The notes below the pieces were generated by a model that was not told the origin of the DNA, searched no databases, and was given only the letters and a program-made list of their open reading frames with translations. A stretch of DNA of 64,000 nt. Origin: Takakia lepidozioides. Lineage: Eukaryota; Plantae; Bryophyta. A program made the translations under genes and the position numbers. Shown here in pieces: positions 38,061-51,479 of the stretch. Positions within the stretch are counted from its first letter, which is position 1. Each line of letters opens with the position of its first letter. The DNA lies in assembly GCA_030704615.1 (NCBI GenBank), contig CM060731.1, forward strand, positions 33,356,001 through 33,420,000, given 5' to 3'.

Positions 38061-38373
38061 CCCACGGAGGCTGCTGAGAAAGAGGACACTGCACCATAAC
38101 TAGATCTCTTATTTTTTTGTTCTTCAGAAGGCCCGAGAGAGGCCAGATGTATTGATAATGAGGAAAAAAATAACCTTGCATGACAGGCATGGCGACACCG
38201 GCCCGTAGACTAGATTTTAGATTGAAAACCAAACATATTTTACAAATTGTTTTGAAAAAATAAAAAATAAAACATTATTAACCCAAATTGTTTGAAAAAT
38301 TGTAAACAAATTCACAAGAGAAGAGATGGATGAATGATGGATGATAAAGGTCCAACGCAAAAGAGCATCGTCT

Positions 38374-39381
38374 TCATTTCTCCGCAGCTGCAGACCCGTT
38401 TGTCCGCTGCTGCAGGTCTCGCACATTTTGTTCCTGCGCTTTGACCTGCGAGAATCTGGCCACTGTGACTCCAATGCACGCATCAATGAAGTCGGACTGC
38501 ACGAAATCTTCCACAAATACCTGCAGCCGGTCTGAAATCCCTCTCTTGAAAACTTGCGAAAGAAACAAGCGAGCGTAACCTCGGATGCGGTCTGTGACAG
38601 GAAAAACACACACAACAGGGCCACTTGCCTGGGGAGTGGCGGTATTTTCCACACGATAGAAGAAGTTGCGGGTGTCGTTGGGTTTCTGCACTGCGAGGTA
38701 AGCTAAGTTGGAATTGAACTTGGTCAAGGGAAGGTCAGTGTCAATCCAGTTATCCACGAGGTATGCAGAGCTCCATAAGGGGCTGCCTGGAGAAGGGGCC
38801 GGTGCTGTTACAGGTTTCCAGACACAGAAGACTCGCTTTGGTAACAATTCCTTCATGGGCTTGTCAAACAGTGTGACATCTTGGGGTATTAAATGTTCGC
38901 CAAGCTGCTCAATAAGCCACTTGTCCAGATCGGGGGGGTCGGACCTCTGGTACTCAGTTCGAATCTCGAGAAGAATGAACTCAGACACAGTTTCTGACAA
39001 GAAGTGCTTGACATCGTTGATTACCACATCCAGTGCATAGCTTGTTATAATGCCATGGCACACTCTTCTGTCCTGCTGCACTCGGATGTCTAGAACTCTT
39101 ACCCCGTTCACAAGCTGTTCATAGATGGAAAGTGTCTGGCATTGAGCAATTGGCCTCGTGATGAACGGCACACCAATTTGGTTGCTGGCAGAGTTGTGGG
39201 TGCCGGGCCACACTATGTCTCGCACCCTCATCTTATCAAGTTGCAGTGTTGACATCCATTCTTTGTGGTTGGGGTAATGGTACTCTGAGCCTGGAAAGGT
39301 GGTGCCTTGTGCCTCCTCCATGGCTTGCAGCTGCTTCTCTTCTTCTATCACCGCTTTTTGTTTGCCAATCTGCCCCCCCAT
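38374..39381 (-). CDS. PI-PLC X-domain (PLC-like phosphodiesterase) protein, coding region intronless
   Basis: 335 aa with WPGTHNSA, AQCQ.LSIYEQL..GVRVLDIRV, RVCHG, DNWIDTDLP.TKF, FYRVENT.TPQ. N-terminal MG is a possible myristoylation site (inference). Confidence 0.92.
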   Translation of the reverse strand: MGGQIGKQKAVIEEEKQLQAMEEAQGTTFPGSEYHYPNHKEWMSTLQLDKMRVRDIVWPGTHNSASNQIGVPFITRPIAQCQTLSIYEQLVNGVRVLDIRVQQDRRVCHGIITSYALDVVINDVKHFLSETVSEFILLEIRTEYQRSDPPDLDKWLIEQLGEHLIPQDVTLFDKPMKELLPKRVFCVWKPVTAPAPSPGSPLWSSAYLVDNWIDTDLPLTKFNSNLAYLAVQKPNDTRNFFYRVENTATPQASGPVVCVFPVTDRIRGYARLFLSQVFKRGISDRLQVFVEDFVQSDFIDACIGVTVARFSQVKAQEQNVRDLQQRTNGSAAAEK

Positions 39382-42100
39382 GATTACAATTGATCTCTGG
39401 ATGAAGAGTGAACCTTGCCTTCTCTCTCTCCTTCTCTTCGTCTCTGGAGCTGGCCACCGGGACTGCAGGCTCGAACAGAATCAAAGGCTTTTCCAATCAG
39501 GGAAATGTCACCACTCTTCCTAGCATCGGTCACCCACTCTGCTGGACAGGCCAGCCTTTGAGGACAACGTAAAAGGACATCCTGCAACAACGAATGTTGT
39601 GTGAGTACTCAAGAATATGCCACGGACCCACCATCGTCCTCTGGCTGGCCGTCCAAGACTTGCACCTGCAGGAAGGTACTACCTACACTTCCATTCTCAG
39701 CACGATTGTGCACCGGCAAGGTCTTCTTTTACGAGATCCCACGAGACTTCCTACAACGGCAAAGGCTTTACAAATGCTCAAGAACATGTCCACAGACCCA
39801 CCAGGTCCGGTCCTTGGCTAACCTTGACAGACTCCCTGGGGAACAGATATTACACTTAAACAGCGAGCAGACCTTCTTTCCTGAGATAATCCCACTGCTC
39901 CTGTGATCGCATAGCTTCGAGTCTGACACGAGGCTAGAGCTCCGTGCTGTAGAAAAACTTCCCTTCTCTAGTCACAGCTCTGTAGTGTGAAGTGGGCCCC
40001 GGACTTGGCATTGTGCTCCCAAGGACGTGGATCCTTTCTTCTCTTCTACATTGGCGTTCCAGTAATCATGCTGAGTATATTCCACTCTATCCCACTATAT
40101 GACATCATAGCTTGCTTCCATCAAGGTGGGTCTGATCTAACCCCTACCAAGTCCAATGTACACTGCTCAACGTGGGGCCATGCAGCTTTCTAATGAAGTT
40201 CCATACCCCTCAAGCAATCTCAATCATTTAACCTCAAGTCGTTGAACGCACGGCTCCCTATGACTAAGAGATGAGCATTGGACGTTTTTGTCACCATAGC
40301 TTGGCGGTGATTGCCTCTCGACACTGGTAGCATTATACCTACCATGCTCGCGTGGATATTCCATGTGCTTAGTAGCTGGCTAGGTTCCGTAAAGTGGTAA
40401 ACAAGCCATAAATGGAGATAATGACAACTCCCGAAATAGCATTCCTTCAAGTCTATGCTATCACATTTACAGTTTTCAAGACATCCACAAAGCCCGACCT
40501 CGCGAGTCTGTAACTTGATTACATCAGGTTATGATTTTTGATATAAGCTTGATCATTGGTGAATGCTGTAGAAGTTAAGTGGCTGAAGTAGGGTCTTTGA
40601 TATCACTGAGATTATGCGTTTGTCAATATGAGGCGATTCTCTAACTTCGAATGGGCTCTCCTCTGGGTATGTATACCAACTAGCAAACACCAAGAAGAGA
40701 CACAAACACAAGGCCATGAGAGCTAATGAGCCGACACTAGTAGTCCTAGCGACACCTGTTGATATTTTTCACAATCCAGCTATGATGGTAAGAGTGCCTG
40801 TGGATGCTCCTCGTGGAATTTGGAGACGGTGACAGAAAAATTAGGACTTCGTTACACGTAAGAAAAAACTGCGCAGTCCCGAGCAGAATATTGTGGAATA
40901 AGCCAGAAGATGGTAAGGGGAGCCAACTTGCCTCCTTAATCCTAATTTAGAGTTACTACGTTGCTACCTCGCCTTAGTTTCAGCGACAACTAGTCTCCCT
41001 CCGATTTCAAACAAACAATCCATTCAGCTTTAGTCTCCCATTCAGATATAATAACTTCAAGAGAGGAACTCTGTTTAAATTCAACTACCCACAATCCTAG
41101 ATCTGAGATGCCAATGAGGAAGGAAGGACCTTCCTATACACTGCCCATCCGGGGACAGATGAGAGGGTTGTGATATCCAGCTTATCTGAATCTATGATCA
41201 GTTGAGTAGACCGGAGATGGTATCTGGATGACACTCTGATTGCAGACCAGGCATGCAATGGTGTAGGGGTTTAGATGGGCCCTTCCTACAAGGCTATATT
41301 GTATCTTTCCAATTTGCTTCCTGAATTCTGTTGCTCACAAAAGTCTTCCACCAATACTAAAGTCCACACCAGGCAAAGTCGGAGGTGAACAAGAGTCATT
41401 CAGAGACACAGACAACCACTTTGTTTTGAAGCCATGTCTTCAGGGTTGACAGGTAACTCCCAACCAGGATGGTCTATGTTCTAGTTGATTGATCAACCAT
41501 CTGGTGACCAGTGGGTGTGGACCAAAACAGAGAGACAGAATTGTAAAGCCAAGTTCTCCTTTCAATACAGAGGAAAGAATATAGATTTGCCTTCATTGGC
41601 AGAAGACCGTGTTACCCAAGATCAAATCAAGCAGGAGTATGCTATCTTCACAAGAATCCAAAGTGCATAGATCATTTGATGACAAACAACAATTCCCAAG
41701 GCTATTTTTATACTGAACTAACTGGCCAGGCCAAGGCAGATTGTTGACGTGTAACTCACAAAATCTGCATTGTACTTGATGAAGCAATCGACTGTTTCTA
41801 CCTTTTTGCACAACCAACAAACCCTTCCTAAAGCTACCACAAATGCTTTAACACGGCCGCGTTTCTTCGTCCATTAACAAATAGGTGATTGAGGATGCCT
41901 TGAGACAGGAAATTTAAATTTCCAACCCTCCTCAGTGTCATTTCTAACACTCTGTACACTCTTGACACAAGTATGTACATACTTGAGTAGACCCAACCCT
42001 TGAGGCATTTTCAACCCTCAGTGAAGCAAAGAAAAAAACTACATGGCTAACAATGCACAGCAAGGGCAAATGAGGGCTCTTTCAAGCGCCAAACTCAACT

Positions 42101-45100
42101 CTAAGTGTCATTTGACTCCACAGAGGAGCCTCCCTCAGAAATAGGTGAAAACCCAAAAACTCTTCGCCTCTTAAACTTCTGATACATGGAATTGAACAAG
42201 AACGATGAACCAATAGTGACTGAAAGTGTCGACATGATGAGCAATGCAATGCCAAGCCACAGGCTGACACCCCACCCTTTCCCAAATGACATAGTCCCCC
42301 CAAAGAATGGTTTGGAAAACCACCGGCCTGCATATCCGTTGAACAAGACTTGTAGATCTATCTTACTCATATCGTCGTCATCCAGCCGTTTCCAAGTGAC
42401 TATTTCCTGGGTGACTCCAGAGCCTTCCCTATTGTTGTCCCTTCCTAGAGATGCAAGAACCACACGTGCTCGTCGTGCCCATCCAGCTTTCCTGCATGTG
42501 GCATAGAAGATAGATGGTTTTCTATTAGAGCTACCATGGTCGCCATCATATTCTATGGTTTTAACAAATTGGCATGGCAGTGTCAATCCAGTGACAAAGA
42601 ATCCCCTCCATAGTTTCTTAACAATCGGGATGCGTAGCCTAACCTTCCGGCAGGACTAGACATGATTGCTTCATGGAACACAGTTACAAGAATTACCAAG
42701 CATACATGTTGTGGCTATGCAAAAAAACTTTTATAAAACTTTCAAGACCTCCTTTAGATGGTTGAGATGTACAGATTAGAGAAAGTCTGATATTGTGTGT
42801 GCCTCACATGTGGTTAGAAATGCTACATAGAGTTTCTCAAAAACTATGTACTTCAAATAGCCAAAAAGATCTATAAATCATGGTGAATTGTTAAGAGGAA
42901 GATAAGGATTTCGCATCTAAAATACTCTCTCAAGTTAAATGTGATACTTCTGATTATGTGACAAGATCAATTACCTGGGAGTTGAATTTTTCATAGCATA
43001 AACTAGTAAATGTATATGGTAGCTGGAGTAATTACCCGTATGCGTGATAACCGGAGCCACCCCCATAACACAAATGGATTCCCAAGAGGCTCCCACAATA
43101 GTCGTTGCAGTGATCATGCCCAGAGAATGTGGCCTTCACATCTCCAGCTGCCAGAAGAGATGTGAAGAATCCTGAATTTACAGAAGGTGAACAGATGGCT
43201 TCTTGTTTGTCACCCATCACCATAGAAGGATTCTGAAGCACTGTGTTGTACTCAGGTAGGGGGATGTGGAAGTAGGCCAGTGCTGGGGTGACAGCTGAAA
43301 CAGACTGTTTGGCGGAGGGGCTCAGCCTCGCTGTTGTGGCCCTTGAGGACTGCCAGCCAAGTAGTACTGAATAAATCATCACTATCTTAACCATGTCTCT
43401 CTATGTGAAATTACCTGCTGCAGTCCTCTATGCCCCCAGTAAGACTGACTGTCCTACACCATCACTCACACACAAACATAGAAGAAACAAAGAAACTTTC
43501 CAGGGGGCCGAGATCCCAATGGGACACAGTAGAACAACAAAAGAAACCAAAACCCATGGAACCCCAAATGTTCTTGAAGGAGATGGAGTGCTTCATGCAA
43601 GTAGGCTGCCGAGGGAGATACCATGTGACTCTTGAGCAAGGAGAGAGACACCCCTTAACCTAAAGGACCATCTGGCAGATTTCTATCCTAAATATACTAT
43701 CTACCCCTTAATGACACCCTTAACTGACTGAAACCTATTTAGTCAACTCTAAGTGGGGCCCAAATTCTTGTTAGTTAGTTACCTGATCACTAACAAATGG
43801 GTGCCTAATGCAAGTGTTCCCCACACCACACCCCCCAAACCCCAAATCCTCCTAACTGAAGATCTCTGCCAAAAGCAAGGAATCTGTAGAAGGACACACC
43901 AGTACCTTTCCTGATCTCTTAATTGTTAGACAACTTGTCTATGAGAAATCCCCCACAAGTGACTAGTGGCAGGTGCCACCCATTATAGCCGTGGTGGCTA
44001 TGTTGGATAACAACCAACATCACCTAAGGTGAAAGAAAGAGAGACAGAAATTTCATAACATCAAGAGGGTATGGAACATTGAGCAATCCTAGAATTAAAA
44101 AGTGAAACCAAAGAGATAAAAGATAATAACGACAAACACAGAGGAAAAAATTAAACTACATAAAATCCATGAGAAAGTGGGAATTTCAGGGGCAGGGTAT
44201 CGGCAGTTGTAGTCCTAGCTGCATCAGCACACATGAAAATAAAGAATGCACATAACAAGTAGGACCTTCTATTGCCTCCACAAAACACCCTTCCTTTTAA
44301 GTGGATATATCAACACAAAGATTGCAGCAGAGTGAAGATCTTGCACCCTCAGCTTGGCCGAAAGACTGTCAAACCACAGTAGCTGGCTGGCCCGGATCCA
44401 ATCATAACCTCCCACAGTTGAGAGCTTGGAATAATCTCCAGTGTCCAGGAAATACAAATTGAGCAAACTTGAGTTCTCGGAGTCTGACCCTTTCGCACCA
44501 AACACCTGAAGAAAATAATTTCCACTGCCGTAGACCTCCATCAAGGAGGTCTGATTGGCCACTATTCCTAAGAGCGTCTCCATGGTTGGGTGCAACACTT
44601 GAGAGAGAGAGTAGTCCATATGAGTAAGGTAAGACATGATTTCAGTACGAGAGAGACTTGATTCCTGATCATGGTTTCCGAGGATCGCAGCCCACGGAAT
44701 TTTCGCTGTGATTACAGGCGCAAATGCTTTGTCCATAGATTTCTGTGCATCCGTGGCATCGAAGTCAATGTTGTCTCCTACAAGACAACAACAAAAACTC
44801 TTTACTCCTGTTATTGGCTATAAAGTTACCAGCACAGGCATTTGCCAGGTACAACAATTGACCAAGATGTAACTCAGGTCTCTCCTACAAGCTATGGCCA
44901 GCTGTGCATGCAACTTACTCCCCCTTCCCCCAATTTTTCTTTTTGAGCCACCATCACCAACGTGTAGCCATAGCTAGCTACTTACACAAAAATTCATTCT
45001 CCACCAAAAAGTGAACATTCATGTGTCGCTCCCTTATCTGTTGGCTTTTGATGTTTGAGAAGAAGTAAACTTGGTTGTTGGCAATGCCAGGAAATTGTAA

Positions 45101-47205
45101 CTGGATCAATATTGGAGGAAATAATACAATGCTTACAAGTGAAAAACCCATGTCAAAAATTGATGCCCCCAAAACAAGCCATAAACATGTGCATAGCAAG
45201 AACTGCCATGCCTCAACATGTCAAGCAAACGACTTCATCAATTCCTGTTAAAATTGTGAGCTTGCAGTACAACCAGGACTGCCACTAGCTACTGTCTTAC
45301 AATCAGGTAGGATTGGACTTAGTTTTTGAGGTTGTGTTAAAACCAGGAGTACTATTAGCTACTGCCCTTACAGTGCGGTAGGATTGGATTGTGTGCCCTA
45401 ACAATCAAATTCTGATCAGGGTTAGGATTGAGAAGAGAAATCGACAGCCTGTAAATCCCCACTAAAATAGAGTTTTTGCATTCTGGAAACCACGAAGGTT
45501 CCCTTGAATACAGTCTCCCGACTCCATGGTATATATTTGAAAGTTGTCCTTTGTATTCATCATATGCACATCAATGTGAGAGCTTAGTAAACAAGCAACA
45601 AATAAAATGAGACTGCCACAGGCAAGATAAAGAAGGGTTTTTCGAAGATGGACTCAAAGGCACCGGGACAAAGGAACAATAAAAAGAGGAAGGAAACCAG
45701 AAAGAATGCTGTCTCATAACTTCGAGACTCAAATGAGAGTACAAGACAAGTCAACTATATCTTGTATGACATTGTAAGACTATGCATTCATCAAACTTCT
45801 GTCTTTACACACCTGTAAAGACAACAAGGTCAGGCTTCTCTGCCACCAGCAGCCGCTCAATGAAGGCAGTGGTATTTAGGTCAGAGCAGTGCCGTAACTG
45901 TGATGGCAGCAGATCGCGGCACGGATTTGTTGCACCATCCCCGTAGTGCATATCTGCAATCTGTTGTTCAAAATACCATCCCAGTCAATAATGAAGTATT
46001 AACCTCGAATTTGGAGGCAGTTGGCAAAAAAGATGCAATGCGAACACCAAGGTGCAAGAACCAACTGTAAGTCGTGTTGCATATTGGTGACAGAGAAGTA
46101 GCCTGTGTATCACTTACAAACATGCTTGCAGTGAACAGAGGGACACTCCCCTGGCAGAATCAAACCATATAAGAAAAATGAGTTGGGTTGATTCACATTG
46201 AAAAGGCGGCTACAGAGCATTACCAATGAGGGTTTAAATTTCAAAGTGCAAGTATCAAGAACAGCACCAGATTGACCTGCTGATCTTAAACTGGAGTCTA
46301 GCAGCCCTGGTAATAGTCACAAAGTCCACTCTGGCAGAGAGCATATAGCTTTTGAAACCTCAGGTCCCCTGGGATGCAAGGTTTGGTCCAGAACTCGGAA
46401 TACATGATCCAGAATGTCAGAAAAAAATGATGATGCATCTAATGGGCACAGTAACATTGTGGCACCAGTTAGCACGGACTTACTGTGCATTCAATGCCAG
46501 ACACATTTATATTAGAAAAGAGGTTAGCTTATCCCTAAGCACAGAGATTAAGCACTCAAAAGTGGCAAAATTGGGGAGGGGGCACAGGTGGAAATCCAGT
46601 GCAACTTTATTGGGTGAGTTTGATCGGTGGTGTACCCTTGAGTTGCGTGGAAGGAAGGTGAATCTTCCCATCACTACCCTCGGTGAAGCTGACCATTACT
46701 TGACCACACAGTATCAATTATAAAATGGAAAAGGCCATTAAACTAAACCACACTTCTCAGGGAGATTAGCTGCATAGTCATTCCCTGCCAAATTCCATAC
46801 AGGATTTGAAATTGTAATGACTATGGTTTACAACCACATTCTGGGCGCACTGGGTGCACGCCCTTTACAAGCGGTGGGGTTGGATTGGGTTAACCCCTGC
46901 TAATGGAAGAAAGACCTCGTGATTGCGCTCAGTTGGAAAACCCAGAAATTCAAAGTTCAAGACTAAAGCCATCAATTAGAGGAGGTGGTCTGGCACACCT
47001 GAAGAATTTTGAACGTCCCTTCATTGCTGAATCTGATAATGGGGGGTGAATACAGAGCCAGTGTTACCACAAGAGCGGGCGATAACGCCCACAATGAAGC
47101 AACGAGTAGGAAAAATCTAAACATTGATGTTTTGGTGCTCGAGAGGCTGGCCAGGCACACAGGGTTCATACCCTGGCAAAGGCCGTGCCTCCTTTTCCGA
47201 TCCAT
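42101..47205 (-). CDS. Calcineurin-like metallophosphoesterase, PAP14/16/28/29 (DCR2-like) type, 5 exons
   Basis: Exons: 47205(start uncertain)-46999, 45960-45813, 44777-44347, 43349-43036, 42491-42101. Motifs GTFKILQIADMH, CSDLNTT, VFTGD, LGNHDQES, YFHIPLPE, GHDHCNDYCG, GYHAYGKAGW.RRARV. Confidence 0.9.
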
Positions 47206-47779
47206 CGGAAAAACAGAGAGAAAGAAAACAAGCCTAAAACGGCGATGGGCTCTCTTGCTTTGGCAAAACATAAGAGGAAGGTGAGAGTGAGGGACATGAC
47301 TGAACACAACACACCAATCGGAGCATTGACACGGTGTAAGGTCCCTTTCTCCATTGACTTGAACATGTTGCAAAGGCATCTCATTTTACAATATTAGCGT
47401 TGTTATGCCACGCGCGAGCTGAGCGGTGGGCGCCCCGCACAGACTCCCGGCTCCCGTCGGTCGCCCAGCCGCGCCCGCTCACCCCGCGGCACCTCCGCCC
47501 GCGCCCCCAGTCCGCTGTACAAAAAACTAAAAAACAGTAATAAATAAAAACTAAAAAAAACAAATATCAAACAAAAGGCCTCCCCAATTTCTATATATAT
47601 ATATATATGTGTATGTATTTATTTATTTTTATATTTGTGTGTATATATATACATCTCCATAGTGAAACATATTTACTAAAATGTGTCCTCTTTTACTGAT
47701 TCACAGTAGAATATTACACTATACAAAGTCAAGCAAACTCACTATCACTGATTTGCAGTCAAACCGCATACTAAACATC

Positions 47780-47925
47780 GTGGAATATAGTCAATATGTT
47801 CCACTTCAGTTAAACCACTTTACTACACGTCATGCATCCATGTCATAATCCAGTTAAACCACTTTACTACACGTCATAGCCACGTCGCATCCACGTCATA
47901 CTGTGTTGCCTACACGTCACCCCCT
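47780..47925. repeat. Short tandem duplication with a cluster of ACGT-core (CACGTCA) motifs
   Basis: CAGTTAAACCACTTTACTACACGTCAT occurs twice (near 47807 and 47852), plus further CCACGTC/ACACGTCA copies up to about 47920. Confidence 0.6.
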
Positions 47926-48019
47926 AGGTTTTACTGTCACATTTCACTGTCAGAACCTGGCATCTGGATTTGACTGCTTGACTGACACGACTTGACCTTT
48001 GTCACGCATGTTCGACTAT

Positions 48020-48100
48020 GGAGGCTTGGAGTAAAAATGTCGCAAAAGACTCGAAAATGAGTCAAATACAGAGTCGAAAAGCCCAGCTTGTATTGTAGTG
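48020..48100. mobile_element. CACTA terminal fragment that truncates the Gypsy integrase
   Basis: Ends ...CTTGTATTGTAGTG (reverse complement CACTACAATACAAG) with GTCG(C)AAAA subterminal repeats. Integrase-like coding on the - strand stops at 48101. Confidence 0.6.
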
Positions 48101-48748
48101 ACGCCGAACACCTGGCCGATATCCCCCTCCACGTATAGTGGCGTACCTCAATGTGTCTCGGTGTTGGGCAATAGCAAGATACTCAAAAGCCATACGCATG
48201 ACTCTCTCTTGAACAACTCACTCCGCTGGGCACATACTTGTGTCCACACATCTGGATCATCAAGGTTGAGGACTACTCCAGTTTCCCTACGAATAGACGC
48301 AAGCAAATCTGGCTCTCGGCCAAAGAGAAGGAAATAAGGTGAGAATGAGGCAAGTGATGCTTGCTTGCGAAACCTATAGCCCATGGCCAACTAAGGTAGA
48401 TGGAGGTCCTAATCTCCTAAGTGTCGCTTCTGCAAGCCATACTTGCGTAAGCCTCTCTTGACTGTCTGAACAACTCCCTCTGCCAAGCCATCAGCCTCGG
48501 GATGATCCCGAGAAGTAGTGCGGTGGTCTATCAGGGCTTGCTCACACAAAGCCTGAAACTCCCCCAAGAACTTTCTCCCCTGGTCCGTGAGTATCTCGGC
48601 TGGAGCACCAAATCGGCTAAGAACTCGATGTAAAAATGCATACGCAGCCCTCTCACTTGCATTGTCAGGCAATGCCACCAGTTCAATCCGGAGAAGTGTT
48701 CCACCATCACCAGCACATACTCGTTATGGGGAATCATTAGTGGCAATG

Positions 48749-49473
48749 TGTCACGGCCCTTTGCCTTGAGGGCAGGGGGTCGGGACACGAGAGGGGCTGC
48801 CCCTATGGTGGGGCAGTGGCAACAATAGATGCGGGGGCTGAAGCACACTTGAGTGCCCAAGGCACTCAAGGAGGCGGAGGCGCTCACTAGGTGGAGCCCC
48901 GCACACCGGGTTGCGGTGGGGGTGGTTCCACGAGGGGTGGTGGTAGCTTAGTGGGACTTAGTGGGGGTGGCATAGGACTCACCATGGGGGCGGAGACCTT
49001 GTGGTGGGAGTCGTGGGGAGTCTTGGGACTCATCACGGTCCAATGGGACCGTGGTGGGTGGGCCAAGACTCTCCGCGACTCATCACCGGGAGTCGAGGGT
49101 TTTCGTGGTGGTTCGCCATAAAATGGCATGGTTGTTTGTGAAACCTCTGCGGACAGTCACAAAAATATATATAGGGAGTAGTAACCCCGATAACGGTGCA
49201 ATTCCGTTGGTGACCAAAAACTAGTGAGTAAACGTGCGAGCCGAAAAGTAACCAAGGTGTGGGGAGTTGTTCCGGACTGCCATCGACCAAAGGGAATTTC
49301 CACTTGGCCCAAATTGAGAGAGGGTCTCGTGGAGAAGTAATGGAGGACCGTTATGTCTCGGTGAGCAGCCAAAGCTCCGAGTTGGCTTGGCGGCCAGTTT
49401 GGGAGGTAGGCGCGCGCATCAAAGCGAGTAACTATGACTTGAAGGGGAGCTTACCGAAGTGAGGTGCGCGACA
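48749..49473. mobile_element. Solo LTR (725 bp) inserted in the integrase
   Basis: TGTCACGG...GCGCGACA termini; 5-bp TSD CAATG at 48744-48748 and 49474-49478. Removal rejoins FAGPL|PLMIPHNEYVLVMVEHFS. Confidence 0.92.
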
Positions 49474-51479
49474 CAATGGGCCTGCGAAGTGAAGACTCCA
49501 ACGATAGCCCAATCCCATAATGGATAAAGGATACAATTGTGGTGCATTGAAAGAAGCTCGCACTCTATCACATACCATGCACCTTGCCACTAACTGTTGC
49601 ACATCCGTGTGCATGCCCCGCCACCAGTATTATCCTTGCAGCAAACTATGAGTGTGCCGCACTCCAAAATGTCCCAACTTCTTATGGGCATGGCGTACCA
49701 ATCACACTCGTTATATTTGATGAGGCACAATCCTCACTAGTCCATCCTCCCATACTTAGAGTATGTGAGTCCCCCCCCCACTTGAACCTCTTGGCACGTT
49801 GTAGGATTCGATCTCTCTCCTTAGCAGTCACATTGGCTGCTGTCTCTCCAGTACGAAGGTAGGCCAACGCTGCTGCATCTTCATGCATATCCTTAGCACC
49901 ACCAAGCTCCCCACTGATCTCTAGATCGTCATGCACACTATCTCTATGACCAATTACATGGGATGAACCAGCTTGAGCTCCCATTGCTAGAATGCACAAA
50001 AAAACAGATGCGTACCATCCTGGCACCGTCTCCTCGTCCGTCTCATCATGCCAACGAGCTCCTGTATCATCAAGCTCACTTGTGCATGGATTGCAACTCA
50101 ATCCATCTGCATCCTAATTGACTATTCCGGCGCGATACACCACCTGGAACGTCGTACTCTTGAAGCATAAGTGCCCACCGTGCAAGCTTTCCTGTAAGCT
50201 TGACTGACTCCATCAACCACTTCAATGGTTGGTGATTCGTGACAAGGGTGAAGAGATTGCCATAGAGATAGCATCTGAAATGTGCCACTGCCCATACTGC
50301 AGCTAGACACTCTCCTTCATATGAGCTATACTTTGCCTCAATATTATGGTTCGAGCGGCTGGCATATGCCACTATGAACTCTCTTCCCTCACCATCCACT
50401 TGTGTGAGCACTACTCCAATCCGTGTGTAGCTAGAAGGGCCGCCCCCGAATAGGTCGCCTCAAAATAGGTGCAGAAGTCAGTTGAGCCTTGAGTTCCTCA
50501 AAAGCTTCCTCCTGCTCCTGCTCCCATTGCCACTCCTGACCTACCTTGGTCAATTTCGTAAGAGTCTTCGCAATGCTACTAAATCCCTTGACAAACCAAC
50601 GATAGTAGTTTGTCAACCCGATGAAAGCACGAACTCTGCTTACATCTATGAGACGTGGAATGCATGCAATGGCCTCCACCTTTGTCTGTTGAACACCCAA
50701 TCCTCCAAGGTATATCATGTGGCCCAGATACTCAATCTGATCATGGAAGAACTTGCACTTCCCAGGGTGCAATTTCAACCCATGCGCTCTCAAACGCTCA
50801 AACACCATCTGAAGGTGTCTCTCGTGCTCCTCAATCGTAGCACTAAAGATGATGATGTCGTCAATGTAGCACCGGGCGAAGTCTAGCCCCGCAAAAATCC
50901 TATCCATGACCCTCTGAAACTTTACAGGAGCATTCTTCAACCCAAACGGTAGGAAGCGCCATTGGTGCAAGCAATCATTCCCATGTTGGTCAATCCCCCA
51001 GAATGCCATCTTTTGCTTGTCAGCCTCTTTGATTGGCAACTGGTGGTAACCAGACAGACTAAGTCAATGTGTTAAACACCATTGCATGCCCAATGACATC
51101 AAAGATCTCATCTGGAGTTGGCATGACATATCTATTGGACTTAGTCTGACGGTTCATAGGACGGTAGTCCACACACATCCTCCTTTATATCCAATTGCCA
51201 TAGATATCATTCCTAGCTAGCATCACCATTGCCAAGGCATACTCCCCGCCTGACAATTCCACCAATCCAGCTTCGAACAATTCCATAGTCTGTGACTGGA
51301 TCAAAGACCTCTCCATATCACTATACCTGTAGGGCCTTCGAAAAAAATTAGCGTGTCACTTGCCAAATCAATACGAATCTCCTGGCCCTTCAAACTCCCC
51401 AATCCTTCAAACCGAAGGCAAAGCAATTTCTATAAGCCCTTAGAAATCGCTGGATCATCCGTCTCTCCCCTTCGATGAC

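Noticed and set aside
41165-41245. C/D-box snoRNA-like signals (TGAT.../CTGA)
   Set aside because: No proper RUGAUGA box, terminal stem or recognisable rRNA-antisense element.
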